Source: Candidatus Binataceae bacterium
Lineage (GTDB): Bacteria; Desulfobacterota; Binatia; Binatales; Binataceae
DNA: 64,000 bases
Assembly: GCA_035294265.1 (NCBI GenBank)
Contig: DATGLK010000095.1
Location: 64,326-128,325, forward strand
Reading direction: 5' to 3'
The position numbers and the translations under genes are program-made. Positions 48,780 through 59,480 of the stretch are shown here, piece by piece. Positions within the stretch are counted from its first letter, which is position 1. Each line of letters starts with the position of its first letter. The notes beneath the pieces were generated by a model, which saw nothing but the letters and a program-made list of their open reading frames with translations, had not been told where the DNA came from and did not search any database.

Positions 48780-49922
48780 ATGGCTAAACATCCGGGCGCC
48801 GCACAAAGCCGAACGGAGCTGGATCTGCCGGCTGAGCCGCGCGCCGCGCTGGCACGGCTACGTGAGCTGTGGAATGCCGGCCAGAGCCCGATTGCCGAGC
48901 TGGCCGACGCGGCTGGAGCAATCGCGCAGCCCGAGGCTGCCGAGTTGTTGTTTGAGATGGAGGCGTCGACGGCCGGCGCGCAACGGCGCGAGATTCGCCG
49001 GGCGCTCTTCCGCCTGCGGCAAAAGGGAGTAGCGGTTGACAAGGCTCCGCAGCAGCCGGTGGCCGGCGCCATTGCGGGCGAGTGCAGCGCGTGGATCTCT
49101 CAAATCGATCCTCAGGGCGAGCAACTGGTCTGGATGGCTAAGGGGCGCGCCACCGGTGGGATGGCCTGCATGTGGGGCGCGGTTTCGGAAAGCGTGGGCT
49201 TAACCCTGATTCGCGCCGAGCATGAATCACGGCGCGAGATGCGGGCGCAACTAGCCAAGCTCAACGGCGCGATGCCCGAACCGATGGTCGAGGCGGACTG
49301 GAGCTTGGCCGATTTCATTTTGGCCGAGGCCTATCGCCGTACCCCCGAGGATAAGCGCCGCGAAGTGGGCAATTATCTGGTCCTGCGCGCGGAGCTGATT
49401 GAGGCGGCGCCGCCGGCACAGTTCGAGCACCCGATTTACCGCGAGTTCGCGGCCACGCTCGCTCAGGCGCCGGCTCCGCAGCTATTGGAGCAGCACCCCG
49501 AGCTGGTGGGCTTGTTACTGACCAAGGAAGCGATGAGTCCGTTCGTGGCCGAGGTTGAGGAAATCCGCCAGAGCCCGCTTGTGCTCAACCGTTTTCAGCA
49601 GCAGGAACGCATCGAAGTGGTCGTAGCCGGCGCGCTGGCCTCGCTCGGTGAAGGCGAGCCCCATCGCCGCCTGCTGCGGCGGCTCGAGAACCTCGCCTAT
49701 CGGCGGGCACGGCGCGGCGAGCAGGCCAGCGCTTCGATTTTGGCCAGCGCGGCCGCTCGGCTACGCGAACGATCGCATTCACAAGATGCCTTCTTTCTGA
49801 AATTGGTTCGTCACGCGCTGGGCGCCGCCCTGACCGACCAGCAGGAGGAAGCGGCGCAGGAACCACGTCTTATAATGACACCGGCTGAAGCGATGCGCGC
49901 GCGCGCCAATCCGCGCCGTTGA
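48780..49922 (+). CDS. Hypothetical protein (helical, Ala/Arg-rich)
   Basis: 380 aa ORF with coding-like periodicity, no recognised domain. Confidence 0.35.
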   Translation: MAKHPGAAQSRTELDLPAEPRAALARLRELWNAGQSPIAELADAAGAIAQPEAAELLFEMEASTAGAQRREIRRALFRLRQKGVAVDKAPQQPVAGAIAGECSAWISQIDPQGEQLVWMAKGRATGGMACMWGAVSESVGLTLIRAEHESRREMRAQLAKLNGAMPEPMVEADWSLADFILAEAYRRTPEDKRREVGNYLVLRAELIEAAPPAQFEHPIYREFAATLAQAPAPQLLEQHPELVGLLLTKEAMSPFVAEVEEIRQSPLVLNRFQQQERIEVVVAGALASLGEGEPHRRLLRRLENLAYRRARRGEQASASILASAAARLRERSHSQDAFFLKLVRHALGAALTDQQEEAAQEPRLIMTPAEAMRARANPRR

Positions 49923-49988
49923 TTCGGCGCCCGGGCCGCCCATATAGTCAAAAAGGGGCGCAAACCGCGCCCACAAAAGACAGAGCAA

Positions 49989-51188
49989 ATGTTGGGACAT
50001 AAACCGCTTTCGGGAATCCGCGTGCTCGATTTGTCGCGGGTGTTGGCTGGCCCTTTTTGCGCCATGCATTTGGCCGATTTGGGTGCCGAAGTAATCAAGA
50101 TCGAGCTGCCCGTAAGTGGCGATGATGCTCGCCGCTTTCCACCCCAAATTCCTCACTCCCACGATTCCGCCTACTATTACTCCATCAATCGCGGCAAGCT
50201 CGGCATTACCCTGGACCTGCGCCAGCCCGAGGGGGTGGAAATCCTGCTCGCTTTGGCGGCGCGAGCCGACGTGGTCGTAGAGAATTTTTCGCCCGGTACG
50301 ATGGAGCGCTTCGGGGTGGGTTACACGGAGTTGGAGCGTGCCAACGCCGGAATCATCCTGTGCTCGATTTCGGGCTTCGGCCAATCCGGACCGCTCTCAA
50401 CCGCGCCCGCTTACGATATCGTGGCGCAGGCGCTGGGTGGCACGATGAGCCTGACTGGTCCGGAAGGCGGGGCGCCCTTGCGCTGCGGAATTTCGATCGG
50501 CGACATGGTGGCGGCGCTCTACGGTGTGATAGGTATTCTGGGCGCGTTACGGGTGCGCGATCAGACCGGCCGCGGCCGCCACCTGGATATTGCGATGCTC
50601 GACTGTCAAGTGGCGTTTCTGGAGACCGCGCTGGGGATTTATTCAGCGACCGGCGAAGTTCCGGGGCCGATCGGCAGCCGCCATCCCTCGATTACGCCGT
50701 TTCAGGAATTTTCCGCCGCCGATGGCTATTTCGTCATCGCGGCGGGCAACGATCAGCTCTGGCGCCAACTCTGCGCCACCATTGGGTTGCCTAATCTGGC
50801 GCAGGATCCGCGCTTTATCGACAATGGCGCGCGTACGCGTAATCACAAGGTGCTAGCGGAGATTCTCAACGAGTGGTTTCGTCCTCAGCCGCGTGCTCAT
50901 TGGCTGACGCTGTTGGCGCAGGCCAAGATTCCCAGCGCGCCGGTGGCCACCGTGGCCGAAGTCGCGGCCAATCCCCATCTGCAGGAACGGCGAATGGTCC
51001 TGCACGCGGATCATCCCACTTACCCCGGTCTGCTGGTGCCGGGCTCGCCGCTCAAAACCGTGGGCGATACCGCTTCGCCCAATACCCGTGCTCCGGGGTT
51101 GGGCGAGCATACCGATCACGTGTTGCACGAATTGCTGGGATACGACGCGGGGCGGCTGGAGCTGTTGCGGGCGCGCAAAATTATCTAA
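49989..51188 (+). CDS. CoA transferase family III (CaiB/BaiF)
   Basis: 399 aa; GIRVLDLSRVLAGPFCAMHLADLGAEVIKIE N-terminus and catalytic Asp region typical of family III CoA transferases. Confidence 0.8.
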   Translation: MLGHKPLSGIRVLDLSRVLAGPFCAMHLADLGAEVIKIELPVSGDDARRFPPQIPHSHDSAYYYSINRGKLGITLDLRQPEGVEILLALAARADVVVENFSPGTMERFGVGYTELERANAGIILCSISGFGQSGPLSTAPAYDIVAQALGGTMSLTGPEGGAPLRCGISIGDMVAALYGVIGILGALRVRDQTGRGRHLDIAMLDCQVAFLETALGIYSATGEVPGPIGSRHPSITPFQEFSAADGYFVIAAGNDQLWRQLCATIGLPNLAQDPRFIDNGARTRNHKVLAEILNEWFRPQPRAHWLTLLAQAKIPSAPVATVAEVAANPHLQERRMVLHADHPTYPGLLVPGSPLKTVGDTASPNTRAPGLGEHTDHVLHELLGYDAGRLELLRARKII

Positions 51189-51225
51189 TCCAGCGGCGCC
51201 GTTTTAGGCGGCAAGGAGGCAGCCC

Positions 51226-52368
51226 ATGAACGAGGTAGTGATCGTCGATGGGATACGGACGCCGCTTGCACGCGCCGGTAAAGATCGCAGCTACTACGCG
51301 GCGCTACGCGCCGACGACTTGAGCGCGGCGTGTATCCGCGCGCTGTTGGGACGCAATCCACGCCTGGACCCGGCCGAAATCGAAGACGTGGTGTGGGGAT
51401 GCGCTAATCAGTCGGGAGAACAGGGCTTCGACTTGGGCCGGATGAGCGCGCTGTTGGCCGAGTTGCCGGTCGCGGTAGCCGGGACCACCGTGGATCGCCA
51501 ATGCGGCTCCGGTTTGCAGGCGCTCAATTTTGCCGCCCTGGCGATCATGAGCGGCGCCGGCGAGTGCGCAATCGCCGGCGGCGTCGAGCATATGACGCGC
51601 GTGCCGATGGGCGCTGGGCTGAGTCCCAACATGCGCTTGCTGGAGCGCTTTCCTCAGGACATGTTCTCGATGGGGCTGACCGCGGAACGGCTGGCCGCCC
51701 AGTATCATATCGAGCGCGCCGCTGCCGATGCCTTTTCCCTGCGTTCCCATCAACGGGCGGTGGCTGCGCGCGAGCGTTTCCGCGAAGAGATCGTCGCGGT
51801 CGAACTGCCCGGTGCGGCGCGAGCCGAGATCGATCAAGGACCTCGCGCAGATACCAGCCTGGAAAAGCTGGCCGCGCTCGCCCCCGCCTTCAAGCCCGAC
51901 GGCCAAGTGACGGCGGGCAGCTCCTCGCAAATCAGCGACGGTGCCGCGGCCCTGCTCCTGATGAGCGCCCGGCGCGCCCGCGCCCTGGGGTTGTCACCAA
52001 TGGCAACCATCCGCGCCACTGCCGTGGCCGGAGTGCGACCCGAGTTGATGGGCTGGGGGCCGGTGCCGGCCAGCCACAAGGCGCTGCAGCGAGCGGGAAT
52101 CAAAATTGACGACTGCGACTTAGTGGAAATCAACGAGGCTTTCGCGGCCCAGGTGCTAGCCTGCAACACCGACCTTGGGATTGCCGAAGAGCGGCTCAAC
52201 GTCAACGGGGGCGCGATCGCCTTGGGCCATCCGCTGGGCGCCTCGGGCGCTCGCTTGATGGTGACGCTGGTGCACGAGATGCGCCGGCGCGGGGCGCGGC
52301 TGGGGCTGGCCACGATGTGCATCGGGATGGGCCAGGGCATCGCCACCGTAGTCGAGCAATTTTCCTGA
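51226..52368 (+). CDS. Acetyl-CoA C-acyltransferase (thiolase)
   Basis: 380 aa; active-site Cys (VDRQCGSGLQA), C-terminal NVNGGAIALGHPLGASGAR and CIGMGQG thiolase signatures. Confidence 0.85.
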   Translation: MNEVVIVDGIRTPLARAGKDRSYYAALRADDLSAACIRALLGRNPRLDPAEIEDVVWGCANQSGEQGFDLGRMSALLAELPVAVAGTTVDRQCGSGLQALNFAALAIMSGAGECAIAGGVEHMTRVPMGAGLSPNMRLLERFPQDMFSMGLTAERLAAQYHIERAAADAFSLRSHQRAVAARERFREEIVAVELPGAARAEIDQGPRADTSLEKLAALAPAFKPDGQVTAGSSSQISDGAAALLLMSARRARALGLSPMATIRATAVAGVRPELMGWGPVPASHKALQRAGIKIDDCDLVEINEAFAAQVLACNTDLGIAEERLNVNGGAIALGHPLGASGARLMVTLVHEMRRRGARLGLATMCIGMGQGIATVVEQFS

Positions 52369-52572
52369 CATCTGCCCGACTCTACTCGCTAGCGCCGTCC
52401 GCGGCGCTTCCTTTGTCGCCATAAGACAAGCAGGGTGGGCGCGATAATTCATGACGCGTTGCTGATAGGTTGCGTAGCCTGTTGCGGGGCCGAACGGATG
52501 TTCAAACTGGCGGATTTTCGGGAGCTTGGGCGAAATCTGCCGGGGATAATCTGCGCTTACTTAGGCCCGTGC

Positions 52573-53724
52573 CTACTGGACCTTGATGCCCATTAGGTTG
52601 GCAATCAGATTGCGCTGCATCTGCGAGCTGCCCGCCGCGATGGTGGCGGCGCGCGAGTCGCGAAACATGCGCTGCATGTCGAACTCCATACTGTAGCCGT
52701 TGGCTCCCATTATCTGCATCCCCAGGTTAGCGACCTTGGCGTAGGTCTCCGAACTGAGCAGCTTGGCCATTGAAATTTCGCGCAGCGCGTCGTGTCCCCG
52801 CGCCACCATCCAGGCCGCGCGCCACATCAGGCTGCGTGCGGCTTCGACTTCGGTCTGCATGTCGGCCAGCATGTGGGCGATGGCCTGGAAGGTGCCGATC
52901 GGGCGGCCGAATTGGCGCCGTTCCTTGGCGTATTGCAGCGCCAGATCGACGATCGCCTGGGCCGCCCCGCAGCATCCTGCCGCTGATGTGACGCGCTCTA
53001 TTTGCAGGCCCGAAAGCATGCACTCCCAGCCCTTGTTCTCGCCGCCCACCAGGCGATCGGCGCCCACCCGCACGTCGTCGAACTCGACTTCGTAGGTGCC
53101 CACGCAGCGCCGTCCCAGCATGTCAAGCTTGCGCAGCTTCAGCCCGGGGCTGTCGTTATCGACCAGGAACAGAGAGAGGCCGTTGCGATAATGGGCGGCG
53201 GGATCGGTGCGGGCGTACACATTGATCACGTTGTTGGGAGCGCCGGCGCCGGTGGACCACAGCTTGCGGCCGTTTATCACCCAATCCTGCCCCTGGCGCA
53301 CCGCCTGCGTGCGCAGCGCTCCCACATCGGAGCCGGCGTCGGCCTCGGACATCGAGATTGACATCTTGATCTCGCCCGCCAACAGCTTGGGCAGCCATCG
53401 ATGTCGCTGCTCAGGACTGGCCTTGCGTACCAGGTTGAGTCCGCAAAACACGCTGCCGCCGTAAGCCATCGCCAGGTCGGCGCTGGCGTGCGCCAGTTCT
53501 TCGGAGACGATCACCATGTCGAGCGCGTTGCCGCCCAGGCCGCCGTATTCCTCGGGAAAGGGCAGACGCAACAAGCCGGCTTCGACCCAAGCCGCGTAGA
53601 GTTCGTTGGGATAGGCCTGGTCGCGGTCGAGCCGGCGGATATATTCTGGCGGGGCGTGGCGCTCCAGCAGCTTACGCACGCTGTCGCGCAGCAGGCGTTG
53701 TTCCTGGGTGAAATCAAAATCCAT
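52573..53724 (-). CDS. Acyl-CoA dehydrogenase
   Basis: 383 aa; ACAD N, middle beta-barrel and C-terminal domains; catalytic Glu region near C-terminus. Confidence 0.85.
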   Translation of the reverse strand: MDFDFTQEQRLLRDSVRKLLERHAPPEYIRRLDRDQAYPNELYAAWVEAGLLRLPFPEEYGGLGGNALDMVIVSEELAHASADLAMAYGGSVFCGLNLVRKASPEQRHRWLPKLLAGEIKMSISMSEADAGSDVGALRTQAVRQGQDWVINGRKLWSTGAGAPNNVINVYARTDPAAHYRNGLSLFLVDNDSPGLKLRKLDMLGRRCVGTYEVEFDDVRVGADRLVGGENKGWECMLSGLQIERVTSAAGCCGAAQAIVDLALQYAKERRQFGRPIGTFQAIAHMLADMQTEVEAARSLMWRAAWMVARGHDALREISMAKLLSSETYAKVANLGMQIMGANGYSMEFDMQRMFRDSRAATIAAGSSQMQRNLIANLMGIKVQ

Positions 53725-53748
53725 AGCACGCTCTGTCGGCAGGCGCGG

Positions 53749-54609
53749 CTAACTCTTGCGCTCGTAGCCGCGCAAGCCGGGTCGGTAGGTCTTATCGTCC
53801 AGAAACTGCTTGAGACCCTGCTCGCGACCGCGCTCGGGGTCCAGGAAGCGCGACTGATCCAGCTTGGCGCTCAGGTAGTCTTCGGCGTCATCCCAGGACA
53901 AATCGCGCACCCGCCGGCAGGCGTGTTTGGCAGTGCGCAGGGCGGTGGGATTTTTGCTCAACAGGACCTTAGCCAATTCCAGTGTGCGCTGGCGCAGGCG
54001 GCTTGCCGGGACGGCCTCGTTGACCAACCCCATTGCGGCGGCCTTGACCCCGTCAAAGGTCTCGCCGGTCATGGTGTAGTACAGGGCGTCGCGCTGGCCC
54101 ATCACGCTCATTACTGACTTGAGCACGTTGCCGGCGGGAATAATCCCCCAGTTGATCTCGGACAGGCCGAACTTGGCATCCTCGGCGGCGATTGCCAGAT
54201 CGCAGGCGATCAGGTTGTTGAAGGCACCGCCAAAGCACCAACCGTTGACCATCGCTATGGTCGGCTTCATGAAGTAGCTCAACCGCCGCCATTGCCATTG
54301 CGCCGAGGCGCGGGTATAACGCACGCGCTCCTCGGCCGGGAGCCCATCCGTGGCGCGAAAGAATTCCTGCAGATCCATGCCGGCGCTGTAAGCCTCGCCG
54401 ATGCCGGTTAGGATCAGCACCCCGCAGCGCGGATCGGCCTCCAGCGCGTCGAGCACCGCGAGCATCTCGGCCGACAGGGTAGGATTGATCGCGTTGCGTT
54501 TGGCAGGCCGATTCATCTTGACCCAGGCCACGCGCTCCTCGAACTCCACCAGAACTGTGTTGCCGCCGGGTATGGCCTGGCTGGGATCGGATGTGTCTTG
54601 CTGCGCCAC
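53749..54609 (-). CDS. Enoyl-CoA hydratase/isomerase (crotonase family)
   Basis: 286 aa; crotonase fold with oxyanion-hole segments (ILTGIGEAYSAGMDL, GWCFGGAF). Confidence 0.8.
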   Translation of the reverse strand: MAQQDTSDPSQAIPGGNTVLVEFEERVAWVKMNRPAKRNAINPTLSAEMLAVLDALEADPRCGVLILTGIGEAYSAGMDLQEFFRATDGLPAEERVRYTRASAQWQWRRLSYFMKPTIAMVNGWCFGGAFNNLIACDLAIAAEDAKFGLSEINWGIIPAGNVLKSVMSVMGQRDALYYTMTGETFDGVKAAAMGLVNEAVPASRLRQRTLELAKVLLSKNPTALRTAKHACRRVRDLSWDDAEDYLSAKLDQSRFLDPERGREQGLKQFLDDKTYRPGLRGYERKS

Positions 54610-54638
54610 GACGCTACTCCCGGCCCGCGATCGCGAGC

Positions 54639-55502
54639 CTACTTATAGTAGTTTTTATAATACCAGTCGGCAATTTCGCCGCCGGTGGTCAGCCACACGT
54701 CGCGCCGGCGCGTAATGTAGGCGAGCGCCTCCTCCAGCCGCTTGTGACGGTAGGGGATGCCGGTGATGAAGGGATGCAGCGCGATTGCCATCACCCGCCC
54801 ACTGTGCGCGCCCTCGTCGTATAGCACATCGAATTGGCTGCAGATTGCGTCGCGAAAATCTTCGGGTGTGCCGCCGCGTCCCAGGAAGAAGCCGATGTCG
54901 TTGAGTTCCAGGGTATAGGGGACCGAAATTAGGCGCCCGCTCTTGACCCGCATCGGATAGGGCTGGTCGTCATTGCACCAATCGCAGACATAGCTAATCC
55001 CGTTAGCTGCCAGCAGATCGGGCGTATTGGGGGTCTCGGCCAGCCCCGGACACAACCAGCCTCTTGGCGTCTGGCCGCTGGCCTTGGCAATCGTGCTCAC
55101 GGTGGTGGCGATCAGCTCCGCTTCTTGAGCCGGTTCCATCCCCACCAGCAGTTGCGAGTTGGTTAGCCCATGTCCCATGAACTCCCACTGGCGCCGGCGC
55201 CCTTCCTCGATCACCTCGGGACAGTACTCGCAGACCTTGGCATTGAGCGCGACCGTGGCGCGCAGCCCCAGCCGGTCCATCATGTCCATGAAGCGCCACA
55301 CGCCCACGCGCAGCGAATAATCGCGCCAGGCGTAGTTGGGGATGTCGGGCAGCGCGCGCTGCGGACTGATGCCCACGCCGGTGCCGTCGAATTCGTGATA
55401 CTCGATGTTCGAAATTACCCACACCGCCAGCCGTGCCTGGTTGGGCCAATGCAACGGAGCGCGCTTGAAGATGGGGGAGTATTCGTAACGCTGATGGTGC
55501 AT
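54639..55502 (-). CDS. Polysaccharide deacetylase family protein (PuuE/allantoinase-like)
   Basis: 287 aa; NodB-homology-like TIM/beta-alpha barrel motifs (HGLT, ALHPF). Confidence 0.55.
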   Translation of the reverse strand: MHHQRYEYSPIFKRAPLHWPNQARLAVWVISNIEYHEFDGTGVGISPQRALPDIPNYAWRDYSLRVGVWRFMDMMDRLGLRATVALNAKVCEYCPEVIEEGRRRQWEFMGHGLTNSQLLVGMEPAQEAELIATTVSTIAKASGQTPRGWLCPGLAETPNTPDLLAANGISYVCDWCNDDQPYPMRVKSGRLISVPYTLELNDIGFFLGRGGTPEDFRDAICSQFDVLYDEGAHSGRVMAIALHPFITGIPYRHKRLEEALAYITRRRDVWLTTGGEIADWYYKNYYK

Positions 55503-55662
55503 CAGGTCATCCTCCTGCCTTCGGTGGGACGCAATTCCCTAACCTGATGGAGGCGCCCATCTTTGTCCAGACTGGCGGGGGGTAAAAACTTGGCTGCCGC
55601 ACGCAAGCTGAGTACTTTATTGTAAGAATCGGTAATCGAGGGTACTTTAGACAGGTAAGAGC

Positions 55663-56394
55663 ATGACTGCTAGCACGACAGCTTTGGCCACCGGCGACCG
55701 CTTGATGACGGTGCGCCAAGTGGCCGCCTACCTGAGCCTCAACGAGCGGACGGTGTTGAAGTTGGTGGGCGAGGGTAGCTTGCCGGGAGTCAAGATCGGC
55801 AACCAGTGGCGCTTTCGCAAGGTCATGCTGGATGCTTGGCTGGATGACCAGATGCTGGGGGTGGCGCCGCGCCAAGTCGAGTTGCGCTCCGACGCCCCCG
55901 TGCCGCGGCGGATGCTTGATCTGGCCAGTTGTTTTCAGCCCGAGCAGATAATCGCTCAGCTTAAGGCGCGCACCAAGTTTGGCGTGATCGAAGAGCTGGC
56001 AGCGCGCGCTCAGGAGCTGGGATTGGTGCGCGATCGCAACTGGTTTGCGGGGGCCTTGATCGAGCGCGAGAACATCCTGCCCAGTGCGATCGGCAACGGA
56101 GTCGCCTTCCTGCACAGTCTCTATCGCCATCCCGAGCAGGTGGTGCGCCCTTTCATGATCTTGGGGCGTGCGCCGCAAGGAATCGATTTCGATGCCCTGG
56201 ACGGCAGGCCGACCCGCTTATTCTTCGCCCTTGGCTTGAAATTTGACGAGTTATACATTCCCTGGCTAGCCAAGCTGGCACAGATGCTGGCGCGCGAGGA
56301 AGCGGTACGGGCGCTCAACGAAGCGCCCACCCGGGAGGCGATCTTTGAGTCCCTTTGCCAAGCGGAACGGACCCTATTTCCAGCGCATGCTTAA
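55663..56394 (+). CDS. HTH_17 (excisionase-type) DNA-binding domain fused to PTS EIIA(Ntr/Fru)-type domain
   Basis: N-terminal MTVRQVAAYLSLNERTVLKLVGEGSLPGVKIGNQWRF HTH; C-terminal EIIA-2 fold with GNGVAFLH (active-site His region). Confidence 0.55.
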   Translation: MTASTTALATGDRLMTVRQVAAYLSLNERTVLKLVGEGSLPGVKIGNQWRFRKVMLDAWLDDQMLGVAPRQVELRSDAPVPRRMLDLASCFQPEQIIAQLKARTKFGVIEELAARAQELGLVRDRNWFAGALIERENILPSAIGNGVAFLHSLYRHPEQVVRPFMILGRAPQGIDFDALDGRPTRLFFALGLKFDELYIPWLAKLAQMLAREEAVRALNEAPTREAIFESLCQAERTLFPAHA

Positions 56395-56411
56395 ATTGGA
56401 GTCTCATTATT

Positions 56412-58181
56412 ATGAGTGATATTCCGGCTGCGGCCATTCCTGGTACTTCGCTCAACGCGTGGGTGGAAGAAGTCGCGCGGCTGACTCGGCCCGATGCGGT
56501 CGTCTGGTGCGACGGCAGTGAACAGGAGGCCGCCCGGCTGACCGCGCAAGCACTGCGCGAGGGTATCCTGCTGCGGCTCAATGAAAAGCTGCGTCCCGGA
56601 TGCTTCTTGCATCGCTCCAATCCTAATGACGTAGCGCGCACCGAGGATGCCACCTTCATTTGCACGCCCACTCGCGAGCAGGCTGGTCCCACCAACAACT
56701 GGTCGGCGCCGGCGGACACTTATCGGAAATTGGCGGGGTGGCTTAAGGATTCGATGCGCGGGCGCACCCTGTACGTAGTGCCCTATGTGATGGGACCGCT
56801 GGGCTCGCCTTTCTCACGGGTGGGTGTCGAGCTGACTGACAGCATTTATGTCGTGCTCAACATGCGGATCATGACCCGGATGGGCAAAGTCGCGATGGAG
56901 GCGATGAAGGACGGCGGCTTCCATCGTGGCCTGCATTGCACCCTGGATCTCAACCCCGAGCGCCGCCTGATCTGCCATTTTCCCCAAGACGACGCAGTAT
57001 GGTCGGTGGGCAGTGGATACGGCGGCAATGCCCTGCTTAGCAAAAAATGTTTGTCCCTGCGCATCGCAAGCTGGCTGGCGCGCGAGGAAGGTTGGTTGGC
57101 CGAGCATATGCTGATCGTGGGCTTGCAGAACCCCGCCGGCCAAACCACCTATGTTGCGGCCGCCTTCCCCAGCGCCTGCGGCAAAACCAACCTGGCGATG
57201 CTGACGCCGCCGGCCTCGATGCCGGGCTGGAAGGTGTTTACGGTGGGCGACGACATTGCCTGGCTGCGCATTGGCGCCGATGGTCGGCTGTGGGCGGTCA
57301 ATCCGGAGTTCGGTTACTTCGGAGTTGCGCCGGGAACCAATGCTCAGACCAATCCCAATGCGATGCGCTCGGTGGAGCACGATACCATTTTTACCAACGT
57401 CGCGCTTACCGCTCAGGGCGACGTATGGTGGGAAGGCTGCGGCGCGGCGCCCAGCGCGGGAATGATCGATTGGCAAGGCCGACCCTGGACCCCCGAGGCC
57501 GGCTATCCGGCGGCTCATCCCAATAGCCGCTTCACCACCCCGATGAACAACAACCCGGTGCTTTCGCCGCACGTCAACGATGGCCAGGGAGTGCCGATCT
57601 CGGCGATCATCTTCGGTGGCCGGCGCGCCACCACTATTCCTTTGGTGACCGAGGCCTTCGATTGGAGCCACGGGGTCTATCTGGGCGCCACGATGGGTTC
57701 GGAGACCACCGCCGCGGCCACCGGCAAGGTGGGCGTGGTGCGGCGCGATCCGATGGCGATGCTGCCATTTTGCGGCTACAACATCTGCGACTATTTCCAG
57801 CATTGGTTGTCGATCGGCAAACGCCTGAGTCAGCCGCCCAAGATCTTTATGGTCAATTGGTTTCGCCGCGACCGCGAGGGCGCTTTTCTCTGGCCCGGCT
57901 ACGGCGAGAATCTGCGCGTCCTGGACTGGATGATCCAGCGCGTCAACGGCAAGCTCGGGGCGCAGGAGACCGCGGTGGGAGTGCTACCGCATCCGGGTGA
58001 CATCAATTTGCAGGGCTTGGAGCTGACTTCGCAGCGGTTGGCCGCGGCGATGGCACTGGACGCCAGCGAATGGAGCGTGGAGGCCAAATCGCAGGCCGAG
58101 TTTTTTGCCAAACTCGGTCCCACTTTGCCTGCCGAGATTAAGGCCCGCCAACAGGCGTTGGCCAAGGCCTACCGGGCTTGA
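56412..58181 (+). CDS. pckG: Phosphoenolpyruvate carboxykinase (GTP)
   Basis: Start ATG 56412; kinase-1a motif AAFPSACGKTNLAM, FGGRR, NWF motifs of GTP-PEPCK. Confidence 0.85.
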   Translation: MSDIPAAAIPGTSLNAWVEEVARLTRPDAVVWCDGSEQEAARLTAQALREGILLRLNEKLRPGCFLHRSNPNDVARTEDATFICTPTREQAGPTNNWSAPADTYRKLAGWLKDSMRGRTLYVVPYVMGPLGSPFSRVGVELTDSIYVVLNMRIMTRMGKVAMEAMKDGGFHRGLHCTLDLNPERRLICHFPQDDAVWSVGSGYGGNALLSKKCLSLRIASWLAREEGWLAEHMLIVGLQNPAGQTTYVAAAFPSACGKTNLAMLTPPASMPGWKVFTVGDDIAWLRIGADGRLWAVNPEFGYFGVAPGTNAQTNPNAMRSVEHDTIFTNVALTAQGDVWWEGCGAAPSAGMIDWQGRPWTPEAGYPAAHPNSRFTTPMNNNPVLSPHVNDGQGVPISAIIFGGRRATTIPLVTEAFDWSHGVYLGATMGSETTAAATGKVGVVRRDPMAMLPFCGYNICDYFQHWLSIGKRLSQPPKIFMVNWFRRDREGAFLWPGYGENLRVLDWMIQRVNGKLGAQETAVGVLPHPGDINLQGLELTSQRLAAAMALDASEWSVEAKSQAEFFAKLGPTLPAEIKARQQALAKAYRA

Positions 58182-58718
58182 TTCTTTATCCGCTCTGCCG
58201 CGCGCGTAGGGCGCGCGGCAGACCTCATCTCACCTCGACAAATTCCAAGACGTCCTCGCCGAGGACGCGGTGCTCGCAGGCGCGATTGCCTTGGCCAACA
58301 CCAGGTTGCCGTCGCGGGTCACCAACGCCGCCATCCGAAAAAATGGCTGCCCATCTAGCTTTCATCGCGCCCGCTGCCCCGCTATGGCGGCCGACCAGGC
58401 GGTTTGTGCCAGCGTACATTCCCCCTCCGTTCACCCCGCAGGGCTGTGCGACGAAAGCTTGCGTTGTGAGGCGCGCAAAAATCTTCAAACCACCGCTCCG
58501 ATTCCATGCCATGATCATGATCGAGATTAGTTTGAGTATCGGGGCGCAGACGGAGGGGGTGGCGGCGAAATTCTGGCTGGGGGATCGGCTACCTACGAGT
58601 TGCCAGAGATAAGTCCGGTGGACCGGGCCACCAATCGCTATATCTACCTTCGATGATCGAGTGATGGCTTGAAATCCGCGTTAGCGAATGCAAAAGAAGC
58701 GGTTAAGCTTTCGCGAAG

Positions 58719-59480
58719 GTGATCGCTGCTATGCTGATCAGCAATCCACGTGGTAACTACCGCTTCGTGCCGGGGATCGCGCCGTTTTCCTCCGCGGTGA
58801 TCGCGGATCCCGGCTTCGAGATTATTCATGCCCGAATGCGTGAACTGACCCCGCTGGACCCAGGTTTCGCGCTGGTAGATCAGTGTCTGCAGGCAGCCTC
58901 GCGCCCGCGCACGGCGCTGTGCGGGGTCCATCTACGTCTTCCCAAGCCGCTTACCTCGCAGGGCTTTGACGAGTTCAATCGGCCCTACATCGAAGGGTTG
59001 CGCGCCTGGGGATTGGAGGTGGAAGGGGCCAATCCGGTAGCTCGCACCAACGTTGCACTGGAGGTCGATCCGCCCGAACGCCCTTGTCTGGCAGGGTTCT
59101 TTTATACCGTGCCGGCCAGCCACGCCGCTCCAACCTTTGTGGTTTCCGGCACGCCCGAGGTGCAGGCGCGCTCGGCCGCCGGTCGCCAGATCGTGGCGGC
59201 GGGCGACGTCTCGCCCGCCGGGATGCGACTTAAGGCCCAGTGCGTGCTGGAAGTTTTAGAGAAACGGCTGAGCGAGTTGGAAATGAATTGGGGTACCGTC
59301 ACCAGCATCAATCTGTACACCACCGCCGATATCCATCCCTTGCTGCCCACCCTTCTGCTGCCCAGCATGGGTAAGGCGGGACGAGCTGGAATCACCTGGT
59401 TTTACGCCCGCCCCCCGGTCCAGGGATTGGATCTAGAAATTGACCTTTTCACAGTCCGTCAGCAATTGATGGTAGGTTGA
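58719..59480 (+). CDS. Hypothetical protein (possible RidA/YjgF-like C-terminal fold)
   Basis: 253 aa; weak resemblance of C-terminal 100 aa to RidA fold; not verified. Confidence 0.3.
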   Translation: MIAAMLISNPRGNYRFVPGIAPFSSAVIADPGFEIIHARMRELTPLDPGFALVDQCLQAASRPRTALCGVHLRLPKPLTSQGFDEFNRPYIEGLRAWGLEVEGANPVARTNVALEVDPPERPCLAGFFYTVPASHAAPTFVVSGTPEVQARSAAGRQIVAAGDVSPAGMRLKAQCVLEVLEKRLSELEMNWGTVTSINLYTTADIHPLLPTLLLPSMGKAGRAGITWFYARPPVQGLDLEIDLFTVRQQLMVG

